Positions 51,836 through 63,458 are shown, counted from the stretch's first letter. The stretch is 64,000 bases of DNA from Takakia lepidozioides (GCA_030704615.1 CM060731.1:89404001-89468000), one strand, 5' to 3'. Notes: generated by a model not told the origin, from the letters alone. Numbers and translations: made by a program.

Positions 51836-54800
51836 TTATGGGCTTGTATCCCGCTGTAGAAGTGTGTTGACTTCGTTGAAACTCATAGTGGCTTGGTGAA
51901 TGAAGAAGTCGCGCTTTGGATCACAAACCATCCTTCTCAAGAAGACGAAGTAAAGGTGTTTGCACGGTATGAACTTCCCTCTTTTTCCCAAACTACTTGA
52001 AAGCATACCAACAAAATCAGGACATGTACAATTGGGAAAATTGGAAACAGTGATTTCGTACGTCCTGTCCTGCAGCGCAGATGCGGATGAGATCATGGTG
52101 AAGACCCGACCATACCCTGGATCAGGCACTTCCATTGTTCCCGCAACACGAGCGTGAAGCATTCTGGCGGACTCAATTTTGCCGTAGTGTTCTGCGGTTG
52201 GAGGGAATCGTCGAACCAACTTCCCATTCCGTCTGGTTGGCCACAAGTGAGCGTCAGGCGGAGGTACCCGTGAACCGCTTCCACTTGAAGCACCTTCACG
52301 TGCAATGGAATGTCTGGCTAGGGAGAAACCCGCCTCTTCCAGCATTGCGATCTCTCGGTGAGTGAGACCTGTGCCCATCTTCACAGGCCACACGGTTGGT
52401 GGAGTAGGCTTCCTTACCACGGAAGGCCTCACTGTACCATGCACACATCTCCCACAATCGTCAGCGCAGAACCAGAACTTGTGGTTCTTTGCCTCGCCTT
52501 GTCCGTAAGGGAGAAACAAACCCGTGAATGTAGGAGCTGCAGTGCGTTCTTTCCCTCTGGAGATTAATGATGTACATTTTTCATGATTGGTGGCCCTGAT
52601 CGCCGCGCATTTCACCATCCCTCTGATCCAATGGAAACACGTGCGTCAAGTGACAAGCTACACCCCACCCTCACCTGTCCGCCTCTTGTAAATCTTTGCA
52701 TATCCTCTATCCCGGAGGGGTGTCCAATTTCCGTTTGCAAGACCCGAATCTCTCTTCGCCTTCTAGATGGGGAACTCTTCCCACGAGAGGGGTGCCATCT
52801 GCACATAATGCTCACTGCCCCGCGCTATTTTGCTGGGAATCCCCTGATCTTCCAGCTGCCCGCAACATCAACTCGCTCCTGTCCGACCTTTGCCACCAAG
52901 GCCACCCCTCAAGAATGACCTATATCTGGTTTGCTGCTGCAGAGCACGAATGAGGTCATCGGCCGTCCGCCGCTACAAATCTCTCCCTTTTTTGCCGGAT
53001 TGCTGCAACCAGGCATTGTGCACTGTCTCCGCAAGATTGCAAAGGCAGTCCGCCATCTCCTCAATGGACATATGCTGCAAGGCAAAAAAACAGAAAGCCG
53101 ATATTAGGATTGGACCCTGAAAGATATATCCGAAGCACCCAAACGAAGGTGAATACAACCACTCACCGTTGTCATGGCCGCTCCCCACTGTCGGTAACGG
53201 AAGTGCCAAAATGCGAACCAGTCTTGCAGTGCCCTCATGCTGTCCTCCGATGCCGCTCAGATGAGTACCACCAGGCACGAATTGTCTGGAACAATGTATT
53301 CGCTTCCCCCATAGTTTTTGGCGTCTTTGTACTGGTTGCACAGTTGGCGATGCATAGTCTGCATATCTGGCTTGATGTATGTCTTTGTGTGTTTGTCCAG
53401 GGATTGTGTCCAATGGAAAACATGTACGTTCTCTTCCCGGCATTGGCACTTTTGGGTCTCCCGTCCCGAACACAATGCGGACAACGTTGAAGTTAGCTTG
53501 AGCACTATCGGCCATGAAACCAACGAAATTGGGAGATGGGAGACCATTGGAGGCCATAACTCGAATGAGAGCTTCCACATGAGCTGTTGTGAATATGTGT
53601 CCTCTGACTGCATGTCACACACTGCAATTGTCATGACCCGCTGGTACACAGGGTCGTAAACATGACATGCCATTGTGGTCCAGTCTTTAACCCTCTTGAC
53701 ATGATCGAACATAAGGAAGCAGTTGCCAAGATTGCCACCCTTCTGCATACGTTTAACCAGGCTGACCCCGCTGCCCCATCACCTTTTGTGGACATTTTGA
53801 ACAAGAACACTTTCCTGGCTCCTTGTCCCGGGAAAACGCTGTCTTGGATGTAGTCATACATGCTCCTTTTCTTCAAATCCATAATATTGTCCATATAACC
53901 TCGGCTCCCAGAGCCCATTCTTAAAGCGTTCACATGATTCCTAATGTTTGGAGAAGTCAAAGTTGAGAAATGGTCCATAACAGTGTCCAAAGCCGATCCC
54001 TCCAGTATTCCTCCAACCGAATTTGATGCACACAGAATACGGCTTTCCAGAAAGGACTTGCTCGCCCCCATGGCAATTGCAGATGTGGTTCCAGTTGGAT
54101 TGGTATCCAACTCTTGCCTTATCAGACGCGAGACTGTGTCAACGCTCTCCCTATAATCCCCCTTGGACACAGGGTGGTTGTGAAAACCGAAATGGACACA
54201 GCTCTAGTCAGGGTTTTGAATCGATGCACCACATAATACATTCTGGCGCCACACAAAGCAAGGCAGCAAGGTGGTACCCTACAGAACTTGCACACAAAAG
54301 TGTTACTGTATGGTGGTGTCACCCAGGCTTGAATGGATTCTCACTGATACCATCCCATTCGCTTTGGTTTTGCACACCTGACAATGCGAAGTGTCTGCAT
54401 TTCATGTTCTCCTGTTCTCGCATTTCAGGTGCCCATTACAGACCGTTCGCCTGAATATGAGGTTGTCGTTGTTGTGAATATTGGAGGTTTTTGTGCGGCA
54501 CCAAGGGTGCCCATCGTGCTTTTTGTCCATTCCTTCTAGGAGACTAGAAATGCCTCCCAAGCGACCAGGAGGAGGCAGCTCGAAAACAGTATTACCATCA
54601 AAAGATTCCGGCAAGAATGCCACCCTCTGAATATTGAAAGTGCTCCAGTCTATCCCCCTCAACTCACTCTTGAATCCTGCCATCCCACCCATGGCTTTCA
54701 GTTTAGGAATGACACTGGTGATCTCCTCCACATCTGCTTCTACATGTGGACATGGCTGATCCACGGGCGGTATTGCACATGTGTCATCGGAGGATGAGTC

Positions 54801-55288
54801 CGAAAGCTCAACTACAGTGTTAACGGTACTCGTCTCCTTCTTGACAACCACGGGTGTTTTCTCCTGGGCCACTGATGCTGCCGTGCCAGGAGTTACGAAA
54901 GATCCTGCAGACTGTCTCAGAGGAGCACTGAGCACCCTGTATCTGCCTGGAGGCACTCTCCATTGTGTGGCTGGTGCAGTATGGAAGGTTTCTGGAACAC
55001 GTACTTGAGCAGTTTTCCATTGGCATCGTACACTTCCCTTTGAACGAATAGAGTTCCATTTTCCAACCGAAACTGCGTTGCGAGGACGTGTTCATGCACC
55101 AGCGCAAAACCATCATCTTCCACCTCGTAAGAAAATGGCACAGGGTGGTCCTCACTGAAGAAGTCCGCGTCAAGGGAGCCCATGGCCTGGGAGGCCATAT
55201 GTCGATGTTGCTTCAGAAAGTAGAGTTCACAGTCCGACGGTGCTTGTGAATGCAAATTGTGTGGGAGCGGAGTTTTTGGCGTCCTCAC
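51836..55288 (-). pseudogene. MULE-like transposase no. 2 with GCM-like N-terminal zinc domain and SWIM finger (frameshifted)
   Basis: HDGHPWCRTKTSNIHN..RRTVCNGHLKC..CKFC..CGARMYYV..H-HP; DDE-like LMFDHVKRV, GFMADSAQAN, C-FHW, CNLAETVHNAW; SWIM PNCTCPDF..IPCKHLYFV. The 5' end is uncertain. Confidence 0.8.
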
Positions 55289-56339
55289 AGAGAGTTGCAG
55301 GTATCGCTGCGGCTTGCATATCTCCTAACGCGGGTTTCCACTTCTGTGAAATGTCTCCCCATGCAAACCAAGCGCATGGTCACAGAGTGCCCAAATGCGG
55401 AGTCCATAATGTCAGCCCTAATCCTAGAATCCAACTGTTTTTTCACAAGTGCCCCACCAGTGCATTCGTTGACAGATTGACTGACAGAGCCGCCGTTTGG
55501 TTGTCATGTCAGAGAGGCCAGAAGAGATGCCCATTTCCATTTAATTTTAACGGCACCTACACCGCTGTACAACTGTACATACTTGACATTCCTCTGGAAC
55601 ATCCCAGAATAAATTGCCCAATAATGAACTTTTTCAGATGAGAGGTGATTAGACCCCAACGATTTTTGGATGGATGAGGATCCAATGATCTCCGCCGATA
55701 TTTCATAACGATTAGATGGACACGTGTTCGCCATGCATGTGGAATGAGTCAGTGGCGCACTGAACGTTGCGAGCAAACATCTTGGCGTTGAAGGCCTTGC
55801 GATGAACCTCCCATAGTCCTCTTTTTTCCCTCTTCTCCTTATTGTCTTTGCAACCCTGGATTCTGCAGAGACGGTGACTGACCCAATTCCGAGGGAGAAG
55901 CAAGTGTCGAAGAACACTTTATTTCACATCAAACAAGCAAAGGGCACGCGCTAAGGAGAGGATGAGGAAGGCGAGACGGGAACTTAGAATGGGAGAAGAA
56001 ACATCCGGCGTAGAGGAAGACGAAGGGCAAAACAGGATTCTGCAACCGCAGTGTGGAGAGGAAGGTCTTGAAGTGATCCCGGAGGCGACCGATGAGCAAC
56101 CTCCAATAGAAGGGGGGAGGACGAGGAAGTGAGCTGGGCTCGGGAGAAAGCATTGCGAGTAGAGAAACAGGTCTTCAAAGAGAAGGGAGAACAAACGGAC
56201 GCGGAAACGATGCCGTTTGCCCTTGTTTCGCACCATCGGGACCTCCTTGGAAGCATGCTACCTCCAGACCAAATGGAAAGATTGAATGCGTCAGGAGCAT
56301 CATCAAGTGCAAAGAAGAAACCGGAGGTGGCTATGAACT

Positions 56340-57242
56340 CTCTTTCTGTCTCTCTGATTCTGTCTGGTTCTTGCTAAGCATTGAGGTCGACATCAACCTT
56401 GCGTCAACGCAAGGTTGAAGTGGACCTCCTTTCTCTCTCTCTGATTCTGTCTGGTTCTTGCTAGCTTGAGGTCGACTTCAACCTGCGTCAACGCAAGGTT
56501 GAAGTCGACCTCCTTTCTCTCTCTCTGATTCTGTCTGGTTCTTGCTAAGCATTGAGGTCGACATCAACCTTGCGTCAACGCAAGGTTGAAGTCGACCTCC
56601 TTTCTCTCTCTCTGATTCTGTCTGGTTCTTGCTAAGCATTGAGGTCGACTTCAACCTTGCGTCAACGCAAGGTTGAAGTCGACCTCCTTTCTCTCTGTCT
56701 GGTTCTTGCTAAGCATTGAGGTCGACATCAACCTTGCGTCAACGCAAGGTTGAAGTCGACCTCCTAAGTGTATATATTGGGCATCAAAACAGTGCAGATG
56801 CTGCACTACAATCAAGGTAGACAGACATGGATGCTTGCGACGCATCATCAAGTTCGAAGAAGAAGAAGAGACATCAATCTCCTTTTCCTGTAGCTTTTGT
56901 GTTTGTTCAACACCGATCCGAGAGCTCGCAATCAACCTTGCGTCAACGCAAGGTTGATGCCAACCTCCATGGTGTATGTTAGAACTTCTAGTGAAACGAA
57001 CAGATGCCGCACAGGAATCAACATTGCGTTGACGCAAGGCTGGTTTTGATGATTTTTTTGTTCAATGGAAGCGTCCGATCTCTCATACCCTGAACTGTAA
57101 GGTAGGGAAAGTTGATTAGTTGAAGCTCCCAAAAGAACCCTGCGTCAACGCAAAGCATTTTTTTGCTTCAAAAGTCTTTCCTGTATGCCTTTCAGTCTAA
57201 ACTACATCCCCATCAATCAACCTTGCGTCAAAGCAATGTTGA
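56340..57242. repeat. Intronic palindrome array: five tandem units of about 86 bp each holding a 46-bp palindrome, plus four dispersed cores
   Basis: GAGGTCGACTTCAACCTTGCGT-CA-ACGCAAGGTTGAAGTCGACCTC (perfect arms at 56641-56686; variants at 56383, 56468, 56554, 56718). Cores at about 56932, 57018, 57136, 57217. Confidence 0.95.
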
Positions 57243-59125
57243 TCCATGGGTGCTCAATCTGTCACTCACAGATAATTCATTCTGTGTAGAGGAAAAGAAA
57301 AAGGAAATCCGAGGGGGGAGATTTGGCCGCGTCAGAAGGTGAAGGTGAGGAAGACTCATTGGAGGGAAACTATGAAGACAAGGCCGAGGAGATAATTGGT
57401 GGGCAAAAAGTGAACTCGTCGAAGGTGATTCTGTCGATGGAGGTTCCCGGTGGAAACCTGGTCATTCCGCTGTGCAGGATGATCTCCATGCCCGCTGTTC
57501 GACTGGCATTGAGGAATGATATAACAAAGTTGAAGAACGACTTTGTTCACGGCTATGTCAAGGGATCAGCAGTGTTCTACGTATCCACTATGAACACGAG
57601 AGGAGAGGAGTGTCTTGTAACAGAGGACATTGAGCAAGGTTGGGATGCATGCTGGCGGGATGTAAACAGGGAGTTCGAGTTTAAGCTGTCCAAAAAGGCC
57701 TCCACAAAAGCATTCATGGGAAAGATGTTTTTTGTCTGGGATGGGAACCACAGACTGCTTGCCTGGATGGATTACATTTCAAGCTTGCACTCGGACGACA
57801 TCGAATGGCACTGGAGCATGGTTTCCATGGTTCTCGATCACAAAGGACGTGTCACGCAGCTCTTGACAGCCATGCACGACATAAACAAGTAAGTTTCCAA
57901 CATTGTGTCTGTTCCTTGTTTCGACAATTTGAAATCATCTTATGAGTTGAAGGTTTTTCCAGGTCCAATGAAACATCTCATGTGACGACCAATGTGTGCC
58001 ACACTCTATTCCGCATCCAGAAGGTAGGGCTGATGCCACTGGAGTCATTCACGAACGTGCTCAATCCTCAGCAGATGAAGAGGTGTGCTGAGAAGAAGAC
58101 AAGCACATGGTACAGCTTGACAAGGGAGGCTTTTCTTGAGTACATGTACACTGTAAGCTTTTTGACACCTGTTTGCCTGTTCTTACTGCAAATTTTGTGA
58201 AGAAATTCCAGTGTTTGATTCTATTTACTTGTTATGTATGCAGCAAGAAATAGCAGAAACTGGATTGAAGGCGAAAGCAGAGTATTATGATTCCCACACA
58301 GAAGAGCAGCGGTTTGCAACTGGGCTTGAGGACATGATGAAGTTCGAGATGAAAAATCAAAGGAAGAACCTCATGAGTGCATTCGACAAACAGATCCGGA
58401 TAGCAGACCCAGGTCTTGGCACGGAATTTCTGGAGCAGGTGAAAGCACACTATGACAAGTATGGCTCCAAGCCAGAAATGACTCAAGAGAAACTACATCG
58501 CCTTTCCATTTCAATGGTGGACAATGCAACCAAAATCAGGTGGTTGGAGATATGGAATTCGGATCCTCTTGTGAGAGACACGAACATGTTCCCAACTCCA
58601 GAGAGGGACCCGAAGACACAAACAATAAGAGTTGTTAGCAACCACACATTCGATCAGTGGCTACACAAAGCCACATTCTGGAGCCAGGTAAGGTTTGAAC
58701 CAAACCATTTTCAGACATTTGTGTTGCTCCGTAACCTCTCCCAAATTCTTACGAGCTTTCTTGTTGCAGTTAGAAAAACGTGCAGTGGCTGCACTTGCTG
58801 AGTCGATGGCAGACTACAAAATCCAGATGGCTTGCCCCCGGATCACACTAGAGGCCTATATCAGGAGATGGAAGCTCGCTGTCTGGAACAACTGCTTCTT
58901 CAGGGAGTTTGAGAAAGAGAAAGGAATCTCCAGGTCTTACGAATTCAAAAACCAGTACAACAGCAAGCAAGCAATGAAGCGAGTGTTGTACAGGTGTGAC
59001 CTCCTTGAATCAAAATTGGTGCTTGAAGGGCATGTTTCTGCAATCTTGTGTCGTTCTTTCCATAAAGAATTGCGAATTTGCAGTGCTTTGCGAGATCTAT
59101 GAGGGCTCTGCATGTGCAGTCGAGC

Positions 59126-59746
59126 AACATTACGTTAACGCAAGGTTGTTTCCCATTGTCCTAGTTTCACTTACCTACCTGGGTATCCCATAATGCCGTT
59201 TTTCTGAATGTGAAAGGGGATAAACTGATAGGAAAATCAGCCTTGCGTCAACGCAAGGTTGATGAAGTGGCAGGCTATGTAGCTTTTCCTGTGGTTTTGG
59301 GCAGTTCAAATCCAATTCCAATGCTGCCAAGATGAACATAAGACTGTTTGGAGTCGGTTTGAAATGCTATTTACAACTTTCACTATACCAACAAACAGCC
59401 TTGCGTTGACGCAAGGTTGTTTGGCGGTATGGATTGCTGGAAATTTCCCGCAGCCATCCCCCGATTTCAATACAATTGTAGGAAACTTATGATTATGAGA
59501 TAGCATTGACATGTGTTTCAACAGAGGATTTCAACATTGCGCCAACGCAATGTTGAATATCCGCACCAGTACATAGTCTGATGGTAGTTTTCAGGCAGTG
59601 TTTTCCATTTCCTCTCTGAATGAAAACAACCTTGCGTTGAAGCAATGTTGAATTGCGCTTCTCAGTCGTTGTCTCTATCAATGCAACATTATCATTTGGT
59701 GTTCCCCATTTCTGCTCGAATGAACATTGCGTCAACGCAAGGTTGA
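59126..59746. repeat. Second intronic palindrome array, six AACCTTGCGT-NN-ACGCAAGGTT cores
   Basis: Copies at about 59126, 59237, 59396, 59531, 59628 and 59722 inside intron 58995-59869. Confidence 0.9.
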
Positions 59747-62720
59747 TTCGGGATTTCAAAAGTAGAATTCTTAGTGTTGCCTTCTTGCATTTCAATATCT
59801 TTTTCCGGATGTGTGTTCTTTTTCATTTTCTGATCGAATGACTGTCTGGGTTTTTTGTGTGTGATTCAGGTATATGTATCATATCCTCATACCAGGAAAG
59901 TGCCTTAGCGATGACCCAGACTTCATCTATTCATGGGCTGACCCCTCCAATGACAAGACAATGTACACGGCTGGTATTGCCAAAGACTGGAGCAGGGCGC
60001 ACTTCCGAGACTGTGGGTGGTACCTCGACCTGCCAAAACATGACACTCCATTCGATGAAGTTGTTTTGAGAAACCTGAACGACAATGCCGCAGCGATTGC
60101 CCCATTGGCTGAAAAAGACATCCAGGACATAATCATTTCGGCTCTGGCTGCAAAAGAGCCCGAGAAAACTGCTACTCCAAAACGAAAGGGGAAGATTGTC
60201 GGGGATCCGAAGGGGAAGGGGAAAAGTGCAGCTCCGCAAGGACAGGGAGCGTCAGAGGTTCCTGAAAGACAGCCTTCTCCCACAAGGAGGGATATGAAAA
60301 CATCAAAGTCGAGGGAGCAAGTTTTCGAGGCGAGAGAACATCCCTCCAGGGTTTTGGGCCAGTTCAATCGTAAGGTGCTGAATGAAAGTTTTCTTGCAAT
60401 GATGGAGTCCAGGAAGTCCACATTCAAAGGGGTGCCCTCGAAATCATAGGACATGCTTGTTTCGTTCCTCACTCAGGTGAACACTTATGTCTAAACTGTT
60501 GTATGAATAATTGTGTTTTGGCAGCTTGATGTGGCTTGTCCAGGGGATCGATCTCCTGTTAGATTTGGATTGGGCTTCTTACACTATCTCATGTTTTTGG
60601 CTGTAGGTCACAAAAAGTCCGGAATGGGTGAATGGAGTTCAGCAGGCATACGCGACTGACCTTGTGGTGCTGGACATTCCTGACGGTTTTCCTATCCCTG
60701 ATGTGTTTCCTTCCAATTCGACCCCGACTTGGAACAAATCGGATTCTCGTTACTGGCAGTGGGCTTTCTCGTTCAGCAACAAATTCCTTTCGGACTCGGG
60801 GGCTCTTCTTCTCATGCAGTCAAAGGACATGTCGGCTCGAAGAACTCTTTTCAGCTACATGAAAGCTTCCGGGTTTTGTGTCATCAAAACTTGGACATGC
60901 ATCAATACTCTGCCTCTTACGAAGGGCGAGTTCCTGGGGCAGAAAGTGAGTTGGTTCCTTTCAATTGATGTTTCGTGGTTTTTCGGTAAATCGAAATGGT
61001 GGGTTATGTCTTCAGTCTCATTCTCTCTTCGTGATTATTGACAGACACGGGTGTTCGAAGCTTTGTGCCTGGTGAGGCGGAAGGACACTCTTCCTGCTGG
61101 TGTTGCTGAGTTTCAGTTGAGGGACCTTGCAGCTCACATTGACCCCACCTGCGAGCCTGTGGAGGATGATGTTATCTTCAATTACGTCGACTCGGGTTGG
61201 ACTATGAAAAGGTCGAATGGTGTCCCTTGGAGAGGTGCATGGGAGAAATCTCCAGCTTTCATGTAGACTTTGGTGGAGACATGCAGCCGTCATGGTGGAC
61301 GAGTGGTTGACTTGTCTATGGGCACACGTGGGGCCCTTCACATTGTGTTTGACATATGGGCAGTGACCTTAGGGAAACCCTGTTTTTATTTCTCGTTCTT
61401 CTTGGATTTGCAGGAGCATGTTTTCATGCTTGCAAGAGCGCCGGAAGGCACTTCTTCGGCATGGAAGCTGATACGGAGCTCTTCTCAAGCGAGCTTCGTC
61501 AGCTTGAGTCGGGCACTACTTCTGCCCCATCCACAGAGGGACTTCTGGAGGAGCCCGAAGCGCCTAACGAGGATCTGGACGTGGACTCCGATTTTGAGTG
61601 TGAGTAAGTTCTTGTGTAGTCGTGCAAAATATGTTGCATTTCCTTGTGTCATTCCCATTCGAGAAATAGTGGTTTTCGTTGTCTATATCTGGATGTTAAC
61701 ATCTACCACCATTCCTCTTCTTGCTTTGCAGAGTTCAGCACCAGTCATCGAATCAGCAGACACCTTTCGGTTTCCAAGGATACTACATGTCCCCGAGCCC
61801 CCCTAGATCCAACCGCTTGCCGGTTTACGCGGAAGCTTGCGCACGGATGTTATCCGAACAAACACTGTATTCGCATCTCCATGAAGGTCGTGGAAAAAAA
61901 AAACGTCATGGATGTGCTGTTGTATTCATAGATGATATTGTTGTAAACTCTGGAAGTGGTTCCTCTGAAACCTCCAATATTTCTTTAGGTTCAAGTACCG
62001 AGGCTCAATAAATTGTGTTTTGGTTTTGCTTCCATCTCCAAACTGTTTTTCAAGTTCTTTGCGCGTTCCCGTAAGTACAGTTACGGATTGCCTAGGATAG
62101 GTCTTCGGATTGCGGAATTGAAAAATGTTTGTGTGTTGGAATGAATGTACTGCTTTGCCCAAAAAAAACGTTTGCTTTTAATATTCAGTTATCTAGTGGA
62201 CGATCTCCACATTCCAAAATCATGACCTCAATCATAATTCATCCGCAAACCTGCCATTGTTCTCGGCCACAAAGAATATTCATGTGGGGGCCATGAAGAG
62301 GGATAAAAAATTAGGACATAGACGACAGCTGATCCGCGGTAATAGGGGGGGGGTAAGCACGGAATTAGGGCTTGAACACGTGGATGCTTGCTGACGTGGC
62401 GTGAGCCTAGCCAGGCTCACAGGCTCACAGGCTCACGCGGCCAGGCTCACGCGCAAGCATTCCCCCTGGCATGGGAGACATCTGTTGGTCTGGCGGAGCC
62501 TTCGGGAAGTCCTTGGGCTCCGACTCCCCAGATTCTTCCCGTTCTTGAGCGGCCTCGCTTTCAGAAGCATAAATCGCCTCTTCCAATTGCCGCTTTGGTG
62601 ACACGTCGCCCCCACCGGGCTCACCAGGATCATCATCTTTCGGGCCGTTCCGCTCTCGCTTTGTCTTGCCCGACCCCATGATGAGGCCGATCTCAAGGAC
62701 GATCGCGTACTGAACTCTAG

Positions 62721-62732
62721 GCTCTGATACCA
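62721..62732 (-). promoter_or_regulatory. Primer-binding site (tRNA-iMet) of the Gypsy element
   Basis: Reverse complement reads TGGTATCAGAGC, 2 nt from the LTR-terminal CA. Confidence 0.9.
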
Positions 62733-62734
62733 AG

Positions 62735-63458
62735 TGTCGCATACCTCACTTCGGTAAGCTCCCCTTCAAGTCATAGTTACTCGCTTTGATGCGCGCGCCT
62801 AACTCCCAAACTGGCTGCCGGGCCAACTCGAAGCTTCGGCTGCTCACCGGGACATAACGGTCCCCATTTGCTCCTCCACAAGACCCTCTCTCAATTTGGG
62901 CCTAGTGGAAATTCCCTTTGGTTGTTGGCAGTCCGGAACATCTCCCCACACCTTGGTCGCTTTCCGGCTCGCACGCTTACTCACTAGTTTTTGGTCACCA
63001 ACGGGCTTGCACCATTCTCGGGGTTACTACTCCCTATATATACTTCTGTGACTGTCCGCAGGGGTTTCACAAACAACCCAGTCATTTTATGGCGAACCAC
63101 CATGAAAACCCTCGATTCCCGGTGATGAGTCGCGGTGAGTCTTGGCCCACCCACCACGCCCCATTGGACCGTGATGAGTCCCAAGACTCCCCACGACTCC
63201 CACCACAAGGTTTCCGCCCCATGGTGAGTCCTATGCCACCCCCACTAAGACTCACTAAGCTACCACCACCCTTCGTGGAACCACCCCTACCGCAACCCGG
63301 TGTGCGGGGCTCCACCTAGTGAGCGCCTCCGCCTCCTTGAGTGCCTTGGGCACTCAAGGGTGCTTTAGCCCCCGTACCTATTGTTGCCACTGCCCCCACC
63401 ACAGGGGCAGCCCCTCTCGTGTCCCGACCCCTTGCCCTCAAGGCAAAGGGCCGCGAGA
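62735..63458 (-). mobile_element. 5' LTR of the Gypsy element (about 724 bp)
   Basis: TGTCGC (62735)...GCGAGA (63458) imperfect terminal inverted repeat. It abuts the PBS, and its outer end falls where transposase no. 3 homology stops. Confidence 0.75.

Larger units (their letters stand above)
55962..61607 (+). pseudogene. ParB-like + beta-class N4/N6 DNA-methyltransferase-like fusion gene, copy C (full architecture)
   Basis: Exons at about 55962-56326, 57290-57888, 57964-58152, 58243-58687, 58770-58994, 59870-60475, 60607-60945, 61044-61327, 61414-61607. ParB: IPLCRMISMPAVR..KLKNDFVHGY..FYVS..WDGNHRLLAW..AMHDIN. MTase: DLVVLDIPDG..PTWN..LSDSGALLL, then EKSPAFM*TLVETCSRHGGRVVDLSMGT-ACFHACKSAGRHFFGMEAD. 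TAG stops at 60447 and 61264. Confidence 0.85.
51346..62346. mobile_element. 11-kb MULE-like element 2: divergent transposase and ParB-MTase-like gene, inserted in the Gypsy leader
   Basis: Imperfect 16-bp inverted termini CCTATAACCGTGGAGC (51346) and reverse complement CCTATTACCGCGGATC (62346-62331), 13/16 identical. Gypsy leader sequence lies on both sides. No convincing 9-bp TSD. Confidence 0.7.

Noticed and set aside
56340-56765. CRISPR array or miRNA cluster
   Set aside because: The 'spacers' are near-identical (plain tandem repeat), and the hairpins are short with a 2-nt loop, unlike plant pre-miRNAs.
55962-61607. Bacterial or phage contamination as the source of the ParB-MTase
   Set aside because: The gene has multiple GT-AG introns, some shared among paralogues, and is nested among plant-type transposons.
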